Source: Candidatus Jordarchaeia archaeon
Lineage (GTDB): Archaea > Asgardarchaeota > Jordiarchaeia > Jordiarchaeales > Jordiarchaeaceae
Assembly (NCBI GenBank): GCA_029856435.1
Contig: JAHQXB010000143.1
Span: forward strand, 1 to 64,000
Direction: 5' to 3'
Length of the DNA stretch: 64,000 bases
Below are positions 27,862 to 37,764 of this stretch, one piece after another. A program made the position numbers and the translations under genes. The first letter of the stretch is position 1. Each line of letters starts with the position of its first letter. The notes below the pieces were generated by a model, which was given only the letters and a program-made list of their open reading frames with translations, was not told the origin of the DNA and ran no database searches.

Positions 27862-30441
27862 TTGGAAGCAATTCCTCGAAGCTACATTTTGGTGTTTGTT
27901 CAAGTGAGAAAAGGTTCCAGCGTAGAGGTTTTGCTTTTGGGTGGAAACCCTAAATTGAAAAGAGTCAAGCCAGAACTCCGCTTATTGGTTGAGTTTTATT
28001 ATCCTAGGGAAAATCTTTTGAGACCCATTCGGGTGAGAATCAAGTCTGGCAGTAGAGAGTCCTTTATTCAGCCAAAAGAGTTTGTGTCTCTTCTGCGTAG
28101 CGCTAGAAGGATCCTCATCGCTTCGGATTTTCCAGAAGAGTTAAAGGTCCAAGTTTTAACTATGTTTAGGGATTTCGGAATTAAGAAGGTAGAGATTTTA
28201 GAAGTTTGTAAGTACTGTCTAGTTGATGGCTTCATAACAGTTCTAAGTGAGGATAACACCTTTTATGCCAGTGGAAACGCCTTGTGTCGAACCTGTGTGA
28301 GGGCAGAGTTGGACAGGGAGCTAGGGTTTAGGGGCACGCACATTTCTGAAGAAATGAAAAAGCAACTTTGGAACATTCTTGATCGGAAAAAAGATTTGGA
28401 AAGTATCATAACCATCCTGTCCCCCAATTTTGATCCCTTCAAGAATGCAGATTTGACACTGTTTGACACCATTGAGGCAGGAGAAAAAACTAAAACTATG
28501 AGTTTAGACGAGTTGCCCATACCCGTAAAATTGGTGCAGGTTCTACTGGATAGCGGCGTCGTCCAACTTATGCCAGTTCAAGTTGCAGCTATAGAGGCTG
28601 GACTATTTGAGGGCGAGAATTTGCTGGTGCTGAGCTCCACTACCAGTGGGAAAACCCTTATAGGTGAGCTGGCAGCTCTGCCTAAAATATTTGAAGGTAA
28701 AAAAATGGTTTATTTGGCTCCCCTAGTGGCTCTAGCCAACCAAAAGTATTTGGAATTCAAAAGGAAGTATGAAAAGCTGGGCGTTAAAACCGCCATTCGG
28801 GTAGGGATGAGTAAAATAGACGTGGGGGAAGAGGAACTGGTAATCATGGATGAAGACATTGCAAACGCTGACATAGTTTCAGCAACATACGAGGCCTTGG
28901 ATTATCTTCTGCGTTCACAGCGTCACCGCGATTTGGGAGACGTAAAAACAATAATTGTGGATGAAATTCAAATGTTGGCTGACGAGGAGAGAGGGCCAGA
29001 GCTTGATGGAATAATGATAAGGCTCAGAAAGCTGTATCCAGAAAGCCAAATGATTTGTCTCTCAGCAACTATTAGTAACCCCGAGGAATTGGCAAAGAGC
29101 CTAAATTTAAAGTTGGTAGTATCAGACAATCGCCCGGTACCCCTAGAGAGACACCTTCTACTTGCTGCAAATTCCAATGAGAAAATCAGATTTCTTGAAA
29201 AATTAATCAAGGGGGAGTACAAACAAATAAGCAAGTTTGGATACAGAGGCCAAACCATAGTTTTCACCTACTCGCGAAGACGAGCTCATAGACTAGCTCA
29301 AATACTCCGAGATAGAGGAATCACTGCTGAGGCTTACCACGCTGGCTTGACCTACCCCCAAAGAAAAAGGATAGAAACAGGCTTTTCAGTGGGAATCATA
29401 GCTGCTGTTGTGGCGACGGCCGCGTTGGGTGCGGGGGTTGATTTTCCCGCCAGCCAAGTGATTTTTGAATCACTGACACAAGGGAAGGAGTGGTTAACAG
29501 TGGCGGACTTTGAGCAGATGGCTGGCAGAGCGGGCAGATACGGAAAGCATGAGAGGGGTAAAGTGGTTGTCATGGTGGAGCCGGGATTAAGGTATAATGC
29601 GGCTCAGGAAGAAACGGAAGATGAGGTGGCTATGAGTCTGCTGAGGGGTGGTATAGAGGAGGTTTATCCCAGTTACAGTTTGGAGCAGTGTGCAGAGCAA
29701 CTATTGGCGAGTATATCTATGAGTGAAAAAACTGCTTTTAGAGATTTGGAGGAGATTTACCAGAAGCTGATTGGCAGAACAGTGGAGCTCGGTAAGATAA
29801 TTGAATACCTTGAAAACAGTGGAATGGTTTTCAGGGATGGAAAAACTTTGGTAGTTTCACCTTTGGGAAGGGCTGCCAGTGTTTCTTTTCTGTCGCCTTC
29901 AGAAGCCGTCTTTGTTGTAGAAAACATTGATAGGGATCCTTTAGAAATTGCTATAAAGTTAGAACCCTTTGAATCAGTTTATCTGTCTTCAAGGCTGCAG
30001 GCGGAGTTGAACAAAGCCTACGGCACAAATTTTCCAACCAGACTCTTTTCCGGGGCAGTATTAGATGTGATGGATGCTTCCAGAACCAGAAAATCCAAAA
30101 AATTGGAGAAATGGGTTCTTGATCTCTTTGCCAAATGGATCCTAGAATTCTTTAACTGCAACTGCAAGGAGAACCCTTTCTGTGATTGTGGCCAAGTGGC
30201 TTTGAGTAAAAAGATTGTAGAGTTAAGGTACCAAGGACTGAAGCTATCAGGTATATCTCAAACATTAAATGAAGAATTTGAACTCTATGCGTATCCAGGA
30301 GATATTTTTCAGTGGCTAAATGGACTAATTCATAATTTGACAGCGGTGAGCAAAATTGCAGAAACATTAAAAAAAGATATTCTTGTCCCAAAAATCCAAG
30401 AAATCATACAAAATGTGGAGAAACCACTCTCCAGCAAATAA
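27862..30441 (+). CDS. Archaeal Ski2-like DEAD/DEAH helicase (DUF5814-type C terminus)
   Basis: TTSGKT, VDEIQ, SAT, YHAGL, QMAGRAGR; C-terminal CNCKENPFCDCG and YAYPGD. Confidence 0.92.
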   Translation: MEAIPRSYILVFVQVRKGSSVEVLLLGGNPKLKRVKPELRLLVEFYYPRENLLRPIRVRIKSGSRESFIQPKEFVSLLRSARRILIASDFPEELKVQVLTMFRDFGIKKVEILEVCKYCLVDGFITVLSEDNTFYASGNALCRTCVRAELDRELGFRGTHISEEMKKQLWNILDRKKDLESIITILSPNFDPFKNADLTLFDTIEAGEKTKTMSLDELPIPVKLVQVLLDSGVVQLMPVQVAAIEAGLFEGENLLVLSSTTSGKTLIGELAALPKIFEGKKMVYLAPLVALANQKYLEFKRKYEKLGVKTAIRVGMSKIDVGEEELVIMDEDIANADIVSATYEALDYLLRSQRHRDLGDVKTIIVDEIQMLADEERGPELDGIMIRLRKLYPESQMICLSATISNPEELAKSLNLKLVVSDNRPVPLERHLLLAANSNEKIRFLEKLIKGEYKQISKFGYRGQTIVFTYSRRRAHRLAQILRDRGITAEAYHAGLTYPQRKRIETGFSVGIIAAVVATAALGAGVDFPASQVIFESLTQGKEWLTVADFEQMAGRAGRYGKHERGKVVVMVEPGLRYNAAQEETEDEVAMSLLRGGIEEVYPSYSLEQCAEQLLASISMSEKTAFRDLEEIYQKLIGRTVELGKIIEYLENSGMVFRDGKTLVVSPLGRAASVSFLSPSEAVFVVENIDRDPLEIAIKLEPFESVYLSSRLQAELNKAYGTNFPTRLFSGAVLDVMDASRTRKSKKLEKWVLDLFAKWILEFFNCNCKENPFCDCGQVALSKKIVELRYQGLKLSGISQTLNEEFELYAYPGDIFQWLNGLIHNLTAVSKIAETLKKDILVPKIQEIIQNVEKPLSSK

Positions 30442-30464
30442 AGGGGCCTTAAAAGAGCAGGCGA

Positions 30465-31361
30465 GTGTCTGAAAAAGGGTGGGTTGAATTGGCTCTAGAC
30501 TCTAATAGAATAAAGAGGAACAACATCCTTAGGCATGACTTGGAAAGCAAATATTATGATGATATTTTTGATATAAAGACTTCCTATAAGTATGGGAAGG
30601 TACTTTACTCAGAACTAGCTTTTGCGGGAATTGACGCTACCAAAAAAATGTTGGTTTTGGACGCTGCTTGTGGCACTGGCAAAATTGCACTCAACCTCAA
30701 GGCTTATGGATCAAGAGCTAAAGTGGTGGGATGTGACATCAGCTCAGGTATACTGGGGAGGGCTAAGGAGAAGGCTGAGAAAAGTGGATTCTCCAGCGAC
30801 ATCTCTTGGCTTCGTTGCGATTGTGAAGGCCTTCCTTTAAAAAGTGATGTTTTTGATTTGGTGATTTGTTCGTCCTCTTTGCATCATTTCCCGAACTACT
30901 CCTTCTTTTTGAGGGAAGGTAGAAGAATCCTGAAGAAGGGGGGATATTTGGCCATTTTGGAGGAACCTAATCGCCTAGGGATTATGTTAGTTGGAATTTT
31001 TGGTGTTGTATTAACTCAGTTGGGGGAAATTTTTAATCGGAGATCCGGCTCAAGCCTAGACCCCAGAACCAGTGAACGCCTACTAAATATGCATCAAAAC
31101 CCCAAGGCATTAAAGACGGATCCCTACATGTTTACCATAAATGAGTTAATTAGGAGCGGGTACATGGCGGGATTTAGGAAAGTTTTTACTAAGGCTGAAA
31201 CCTTCTTTTCATACTTCATATTCTTCTTTGCGAAGGGGTTACTACCAAAGAAATACTTTGGACGAATATTTGATCAAGCCTATAAAGTTGATAGAAGGCT
31301 CTTTCACCGCTTCATACCCAACAAGTTTAGAGCTACAGCGAATTTGTACTGCCAAAAGTAG
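30465..31361 (+). CDS. Class I SAM-dependent methyltransferase
   Basis: LDAACGTG, GCDIS, FDLVICSSSLHH, LKKGG..EP. Confidence 0.88.
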   Translation: MSEKGWVELALDSNRIKRNNILRHDLESKYYDDIFDIKTSYKYGKVLYSELAFAGIDATKKMLVLDAACGTGKIALNLKAYGSRAKVVGCDISSGILGRAKEKAEKSGFSSDISWLRCDCEGLPLKSDVFDLVICSSSLHHFPNYSFFLREGRRILKKGGYLAILEEPNRLGIMLVGIFGVVLTQLGEIFNRRSGSSLDPRTSERLLNMHQNPKALKTDPYMFTINELIRSGYMAGFRKVFTKAETFFSYFIFFFAKGLLPKKYFGRIFDQAYKVDRRLFHRFIPNKFRATANLYCQK

Positions 31362-31461
31362 CATACATCTAAATGTAGACGGAGATAGAAAACAATTCTC
31401 AAAATTTGTATTGACAGTTTCTGTGATTATGTTTTAAGAGAATAAAATTTGGGAGTGGGGC

Positions 31462-32265
31462 TTATTCTTCTATGCTTGCTCCACAGTTTGGACAGAAAAC
31501 TGCAAACTGTGGAACTTCAACGCCGCAGTGTGGACAGAACCGGGCCTTCTTCGGCGGTTCCAACTTTATTTCTACCTTTGGTTTTTCTTCCCCTGTGATA
31601 ACCATTTTTTCCTCTTTGGGAGCCTTTCTTTTTATTCCTTTTCCTGCGCTAAGTTCCTTGATCCAAGTGAACATGTTTAGCAGAATTTTGGCGTTGTCAA
31701 ATCTTCTCATGAAAGCCCTAGTGAACAACATTATACTGCTCACAAAAATCATTGTGCCTCTTCCTAATTCCCTAATTGCTATCACTGGAAATGAGCGTAC
31801 ACCCAGCTGGACTCTGGCGATTTGTGTCCATTCAGGAATCAAGTTTGCCCTAAACCATGGAGCATGAATCTTAAATATTCCTGAAGTAATGGGATGCAGA
31901 GTAAAGTCGGTAACAAATTTGGAATTCATTCCTAACCAGTCAATCCCGAGTTCACGGGCAAAAACCGTCTTGTAGATCCTGTCAGCTCGGGAGGGGGTTA
32001 CCAACAGTATTCCACCCTCTTGGACATAGTCCATAACCGCTCGGGTTTCCTCAACCTTCCAATCGTACTCTTTTCGAAATCTTCGGGGACCTATGATGGC
32101 CAAGGCGTCGTATGTTTCCAGCAGTTTGGAGGTTAGCGGCGCAGAGGAGTTTACATAGAGGTCTAAACCCCAGTTCACAATACTATTCTTTATGTCGTTG
32201 TAGATCCTTGCTTTGGTTTCCTCGTTATGGTACTCGTCTAAGAGCATGTTTACTTTGCTCGACAA
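31462..32265 (-). CDS. GATase-like/DUF4350 (GIFT-like) domain with C-terminal zinc ribbon
   Basis: LDEYHNE, YVQEGGILL, HPITSGI, GRGTMI, DNAKILLN..W; CPHCG..FCPNCG. Confidence 0.7.
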   Translation of the reverse strand: MSSKVNMLLDEYHNEETKARIYNDIKNSIVNWGLDLYVNSSAPLTSKLLETYDALAIIGPRRFRKEYDWKVEETRAVMDYVQEGGILLVTPSRADRIYKTVFARELGIDWLGMNSKFVTDFTLHPITSGIFKIHAPWFRANLIPEWTQIARVQLGVRSFPVIAIRELGRGTMIFVSSIMLFTRAFMRRFDNAKILLNMFTWIKELSAGKGIKRKAPKEEKMVITGEEKPKVEIKLEPPKKARFCPHCGVEVPQFAVFCPNCGASIEE

Positions 32266-32378
32266 CCAATTAACCTCCCATATAATATACTGTTTTGTTT
32301 TAGGAGTCTAATTTTTAAATGTATTTCTATGGATATAAATATAGCTTTAATGGCAAATTGGTTTTAATAAACCTTTCT

Positions 32379-33347
32379 TCAATAAACACGCCTCATCTTA
32401 GAGTACAGTTTCGTCCTGAGATTTGTTAGCTCCTCGGCGGTTTTTCCTATATTTCCCATGGGAATTTTAGGTTCCAGCCGCGCTACGAATCTTTTCCAAC
32501 GTTTGGGAATAGGGGTTAAACCGTTTTTCGCCCCGCAAAGACCCCCTGCAATGCAACCTAAAGTGTCAGTATCACCTCCAGAATTTGCAGTTACTAGTAG
32601 GGCTTTTCTAATGTCGCCCTTAAAAACTGAAAAAATTGCGAAGGCTGCTGGCACAGATTCCCATGAGAGCGGCCCGACACCTATTTCCCTATAAAGAGTC
32701 CTCAGTATTTCCCAAGGGTCTGTTTGGTTTCTCACAAGTTCCTCTGCCATTTTTATGCGGAACGCCACACTTTTACCAGATTTGACTCCGAAATTTTCGC
32801 CCAGCTCAGCTCCTTCAAAGGCAGCATCAACTATCTCCTCTACACTGAATCCTTCCACCGCCGCAGAAGCTGCACAAGATACTGCCACAGCCGCTGAAAT
32901 TGCTGGACTACCCCCATGAGTTACCACTGAGGAGGTCACGGTTTTCTCCAAAATCACTTCGGGTTCATAAGGAGTACATAAACCAATAGGAAAGGCACGC
33001 ATAGCAGCTCCATTGGTATTGCCTGTGGTAGAAACAGTTTTAGGATCATTTTGTAGACGCATTATCGAGGCCTTTGTAGATGAACCTAAACGTGGACAAT
33101 CAGCACTTTTTAAAATCGCTTTTACAATACTGTCGTGGGTAACATCTGCTTGGTTTTCTATAAGAGCTTCGGCTATAAGAAAGTTCAGAACGGTGTCATC
33201 GGTTATTTCCAAACTTAAAGGGTCTTTTATAACCCCGAACTTTGACCTTATCTGGTAGGGAGTCATGCCCTCTGTTGCTGCACCCAAACAATCCCCTATG
33301 GTCAATCCCACCAAGCAACCATGTATGCGGTTCAGCGTTTCGGACAT
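32379..33347 (-). CDS. ADP-ribosylglycohydrolase family protein
   Basis: GLTIGDCLG, TDDT, NGAAMR, THG, GGDTDT. Confidence 0.93.
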   Translation of the reverse strand: MSETLNRIHGCLVGLTIGDCLGAATEGMTPYQIRSKFGVIKDPLSLEITDDTVLNFLIAEALIENQADVTHDSIVKAILKSADCPRLGSSTKASIMRLQNDPKTVSTTGNTNGAAMRAFPIGLCTPYEPEVILEKTVTSSVVTHGGSPAISAAVAVSCAASAAVEGFSVEEIVDAAFEGAELGENFGVKSGKSVAFRIKMAEELVRNQTDPWEILRTLYREIGVGPLSWESVPAAFAIFSVFKGDIRKALLVTANSGGDTDTLGCIAGGLCGAKNGLTPIPKRWKRFVARLEPKIPMGNIGKTAEELTNLRTKLYSKMRRVY

Positions 33348-33625
33348 AGGATTCCTCCGGAGCCAATCTAGTTTTCTGCGTAAAATATGTACACCACAGT
33401 ATCCAAATGATGCGTAGAGCGTTTTAAAATGCTTTTTGGTAGTATTCCGACACTTGGTTTATACAAGAAAAATTTATTTTCTGCTAAAGACCTTTAATAT
33501 TATACGCTAAACCAGTACAAATCTTTATATTTTTAGCTCTCTACGATGGGGGTTTACATTATATCCCACTTAACGACCGCAATCTCTGATGAAGGTTCAA
33601 GCCAACTGGTCTTTAAGGAGGCCAA

Positions 33626-34120
33626 TTGATGAAGATAGATGAGAAAAAGAAGGTTTCAGGAGCTTTTTGGGTTGATTTGAAAAATTGGATGTGGAAAATT
33701 GAAGTGGATCAGCAGAAAATGAGGGAATACGCGGAAAAGAACGACCCTCTACTTTTACGAGCGGATATAGCTGCCCTCACTGAAATTTATAACATTTCTC
33801 AAATTAACCCTGCATACGCCAGCCATGCAGGGGTGGCTCTAATACAAGACGACCTAGCCGCTCTTCCTCACCGCCTTATTAAGGATAAATCAATAAAAAT
33901 GCTTGCCGCCTACCCCATAATGTTTAAAGGAAACTTTGAGTTCGTATCCGACAAAATTAGGGACCCAATAAGTCAGAAAGAGCGGATTTATGTCAGCGTT
34001 AACATTTTTAAAAACGAGGTAGAAACAGAAGTGGGAAGAGCATACGCAATGTTAGACGAGAATGAAAAAATCATAGGCCTAGCCAAAGAAGAAGATTCCT
34101 TCATAGTAAAAATTATCTAA
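33626..34120 (+). CDS. Hypothetical protein
   Basis: AGGAGG RBS, 164-aa ORF; no family recognised. Confidence 0.75.
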   Translation: MMKIDEKKKVSGAFWVDLKNWMWKIEVDQQKMREYAEKNDPLLLRADIAALTEIYNISQINPAYASHAGVALIQDDLAALPHRLIKDKSIKMLAAYPIMFKGNFEFVSDKIRDPISQKERIYVSVNIFKNEVETEVGRAYAMLDENEKIIGLAKEEDSFIVKII

Positions 34121-34473
34121 TACTGCCATAAAGTATAATTGATGTTTACCTAAAAATTTGGTTTCCACCGGTTCTATGCGCTTAAAGCAGATGAAGTTTC
34201 TATTTGTCTACAATAATTTTTAAGAAAAAGGCTTCAACATTGTAGAAGGCGAATATACTCCCACACCTAAATCGTCGAAGATTCTGAACGCATGTTGGAT
34301 AAATGTCCCTTACACCTATTGGATTCCGCACTGCTTTTTCTAGGTCGATGTTTAATTTTTCTGTATTTTAAATATTCAGACCCCTCACAGTTAATTCCAC
34401 TTCTTTGAGAAGACGAGTTCTTGGTTCATTTTTGTAAATACTGCCAATCGGGTATTCGAGGAGAGTGAAGGCA

Positions 34474-35208
34474 TTATCCTGCTTTTTTTATTGATTCCCT
34501 TAAACGCTGAAGTACTGCTTTAATATCTTCTTCGGTTCTTCTTTCAGGGTAAGCATCCCCGGAAATGGTTTGAATGGCTTTTCTCGTTTCAACTTCGGCA
34601 GTCTCTACTTTTTTAGGTTGATAAACTACGTTTTGTGAAAGTTGAGCTGATTTTCTATCAATACGTGTTCTTAACTCATCGAAAAAGTTTTCAGCTATGG
34701 GAGCCTCCTTTGAGAGGGGTATGTTATCTGGAGGAGTTGTAGATTGCACTCTTGTTAAGGTCGCAGCTTCAAGCATTTCGGTTCCCGGACCATAACTTTC
34801 AGCTTTGGGAATTGTGGTGGCTGTTTTGGGAACCTCGGGAGAGAGCGGTGCAGCCGGTACTGGAGGGGGCTCCGGCTGTTTTTTAACCATTATTGGTTCA
34901 GCTCTGGTGGCGTCCTCAACAAGTTGTAATGGGACACGTATTCCCCCAGTGGGAGCGGTGCTCCTCACCCCGCCCTTTTCTAAGCTGTTGATTCGGGTAT
35001 CAAGATTTAAAATCTGTTTTTCAATTTTAACCATTCTTTCCTCGAATGAGGATAAGTAGGTCGCTAAAATACTTGAGAGCCTATCTATTCCTAGTTTAAC
35101 CTCTTTTAACACGTCCGACTCTTTGCTGGATTTGGAAGTTTTTGATGCTTGTCCAACTATTGGGGGGTCTAGATTTCCTTCCTTTTTATCTTTACTAAAC
35201 ATTGGCAT
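34474..35208 (-). CDS. Hypothetical protein: coiled coil, Pro-rich region, WH2-like helix
   Basis: Heptads at about aa 35-80, PEPPPVPAAP, ENFFDELRTRIDRK. Confidence 0.75.
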   Translation of the reverse strand: MPMFSKDKKEGNLDPPIVGQASKTSKSSKESDVLKEVKLGIDRLSSILATYLSSFEERMVKIEKQILNLDTRINSLEKGGVRSTAPTGGIRVPLQLVEDATRAEPIMVKKQPEPPPVPAAPLSPEVPKTATTIPKAESYGPGTEMLEAATLTRVQSTTPPDNIPLSKEAPIAENFFDELRTRIDRKSAQLSQNVVYQPKKVETAEVETRKAIQTISGDAYPERRTEEDIKAVLQRLRESIKKAG

Positions 35209-35735
35209 TAGTCGCCACCCTATAATTAACTAGTGCGAGGAGATTGATTAAATTTATGATTTTGACAGTTTTTCGAAATATTTTGTTTTTTTAAGGATAT
35301 TTTTAGAGTTCAAAATATAGAATAATTTGAAGCTTTTATTTTTTAGGGAGGAACGTTTTGGCGCCCGTTTTCGAAGACAGAATACCCAAAATGATGAAAT
35401 CAAAGAGTACACATCTTCTTGCTAGCATTCCTATACTATTATACCTAGGTGGATGAACTCCTGTCTAGGGTGAAATATTCATATTTCTATGTGCAAATTG
35501 AAAAAAACTAACTTGACGATGTTAAATGGATTTGGTTTCCCTAGCTGGCGCTATTGAGTGGTGAAAAAGCCTTTATTCTCTGTGTAAAAAAGAGAAAATC
35601 GGGGAGAAAAAGTTGCAATAAAACAAATTTAACATCGCCAAGCCAAATAAAGTTAAATTTTAACAATCTTAATTAAGAGATAACGTAACAAGTTTAAGCA
35701 TGTTCTAAAACGTTCACGTAATTGGAGGCTTATTC

Positions 35736-36494
35736 ATGGATCTCTCGGTTTCTGAGAAGGAGAGGTACGATAGGCAAATGCGTATTTCTGGATGGGGGGA
35801 AGAGGGCCAGAGAAAATTGAAGCAGGCTAAAGTTGTAGTTATGGGTATAGGTGGTTTGGGTTGTCCAGCGTCTATCTACTTAGCAGCTGCTGGTGTTGGT
35901 AATCTGGTTTTGGTGGACAAGGAGAGCTCTGAGCTTAGTAATTTGAACAGGCAAATTTTACATTGGCAAAAGGATCTGGGTAGACCTAAGGTTATCTCAG
36001 CAAAGGAGAAGATAGAAGAGCTCAACTCTGAAATTAAAGTAGAAGCAATAAAAACAGAGATTAATGAAAAAAATATTGGGGATCTTGTCTCGGGTGCTAC
36101 GGTGATTCTTGACGCTATGGACAATTTCAAAGTTCGCTTTCTAATTAACAGAGTATGCGTTGAAAAGACAATTCCATTTGTTCACGCTGGAATATACGGA
36201 TTTCAGGGTCAAATGACTACAATAGTTCCTGGAAAGGGCCCCTGTTTGAGGTGCATATTCCCACAAAGCCCACCCGAAGCAGAGCGTTTTCCCGTAGCAG
36301 GGGTGACACCAGGCGTGTTGGGAGTTCTGCAAGCTATGGAAGTAATAAAGTTGATTGTAGGCCTAGGTGAACCATTAATAGGTAAAATACTATTCTTTGA
36401 CGGTGAAGATATGACATTCATCACCTGTGAAGTTCCAAGAAATCCTGACTGTACAATCTGTAAAAATTCGTTTAACAAAAACCTAAAAGTTTAA
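35736..36494 (+). CDS. ThiF/MoeB/HesA family E1-like adenylyltransferase
   Basis: RYDRQ, GIGGLG, SNLNRQ, CLRC, CTIC. Confidence 0.93.
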   Translation: MDLSVSEKERYDRQMRISGWGEEGQRKLKQAKVVVMGIGGLGCPASIYLAAAGVGNLVLVDKESSELSNLNRQILHWQKDLGRPKVISAKEKIEELNSEIKVEAIKTEINEKNIGDLVSGATVILDAMDNFKVRFLINRVCVEKTIPFVHAGIYGFQGQMTTIVPGKGPCLRCIFPQSPPEAERFPVAGVTPGVLGVLQAMEVIKLIVGLGEPLIGKILFFDGEDMTFITCEVPRNPDCTICKNSFNKNLKV

Positions 36495-36584
36495 TCATAA
36501 ATTGAAGCCAGAAAGCAATACGTCCCGGAAATCGTTCTAAAGGGGGAGGGTTTTCTAATCCCGAATTCAACCAAGCACAATAGG

Positions 36585-37718
36585 CTAATAGTATATTCTT
36601 GCTCTCTTGATTAAAGCTTGGGTCACTATACTCATCCATGTTTTGGGTTGACTTTTCAACCACACCATTTCTGCTTGGGCCGCCAGCTTAGCCTTGTCCT
36701 TTACCTTTTCATAGACAAATTGCCTCTTTATCAGAAGACCTTTGGTAACCATATCCTCAATGAGTTCTTTCCCCCTCCTAGTTCGGATAAAGACAGTTGA
36801 CCAACCAGTAGGAGCGCCCAGCGTGGCCACCGATAAATCTGAGTATTCTGCAGAAAAATCCTTACAGCCTATACACTCCTTCGCCATAGCAGCTTTAAAC
36901 TCATTAAGACTCAAAGGGTGCCTTCTTCCATCTCTGGTCACAATATACATTCCCAAATTGTTAAGGGGAACTTCTTCCTTGAAAACTGCATTGTCAAAAT
37001 CTACAGCAACAATTTCTTCGACGTCAATGCCCTTCTCGACCGCTTGCTTGGTGAAAAGATCGCGACTAAGAATATTCCCACAAGGTATACCAATCAAGTA
37101 AGCTATATGCTCTTGAAACTCTCTATACCTCCCGGCAAGCCTCCGCGCCCCCTCTATGTGGCACGGCAAACCAACTAGAGCCACCCGATCAAAATTAGCC
37201 ACAGCGTTTATGAGCACCGCGTTTGTTGGACAGTGAAAAGGCTTTGTTCCCGAAGCATAAAGAACCTCATTCCTATTCGTAGCAATGGCAGGCGAAGGCC
37301 TCCAAGGCTCATCCTGTCTACGCCCAGCCACAACCGCACAGCCAACGAGTCCCTCTTGCAAAAGGTAGATTAAAATACTGGAAACCACACCACTCTTGGG
37401 CTTAGCTATGTCCCCAAGACTACGGTGAATTGGCTGATACTGGAAGTATGAGTACTGCTTTACATCGCCCATAAGAGATTGCACATGAACAACCTCACTG
37501 AAGGCTCCAAAAATCTCACTTGAATCCACCTCGATGGGGTGCAACCCAATACATATATCTGTACAAACCTTACAATCTATGGGGCACTTACCAACGCAAA
37601 CTATTCGTTTACCCCACTCATCCACTGCAAGCAAATCCTGAGGACAAGCCGAGACACATGTCCCGCACATAACACATTTTCCGGCGCTTATCACCTGGCG
37701 CTCCAGATCCTTATACAA
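36585..37718 (-). CDS. Coenzyme F420 hydrogenase/dehydrogenase beta subunit-like (FrhB/FdhB family)
   Basis: N-terminal CVMCGTCVSACP ferredoxin, VGLPCHI, CIGCKDFSAEYSDLS. Confidence 0.9.
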   Translation of the reverse strand: MYKDLERQVISAGKCVMCGTCVSACPQDLLAVDEWGKRIVCVGKCPIDCKVCTDICIGLHPIEVDSSEIFGAFSEVVHVQSLMGDVKQYSYFQYQPIHRSLGDIAKPKSGVVSSILIYLLQEGLVGCAVVAGRRQDEPWRPSPAIATNRNEVLYASGTKPFHCPTNAVLINAVANFDRVALVGLPCHIEGARRLAGRYREFQEHIAYLIGIPCGNILSRDLFTKQAVEKGIDVEEIVAVDFDNAVFKEEVPLNNLGMYIVTRDGRRHPLSLNEFKAAMAKECIGCKDFSAEYSDLSVATLGAPTGWSTVFIRTRRGKELIEDMVTKGLLIKRQFVYEKVKDKAKLAAQAEMVWLKSQPKTWMSIVTQALIKRARIYY

Positions 37719-37764
37719 CTGTGATCCCCTCAGAAGGTTGTTTAAAAATTGAGTAAAAACACGG

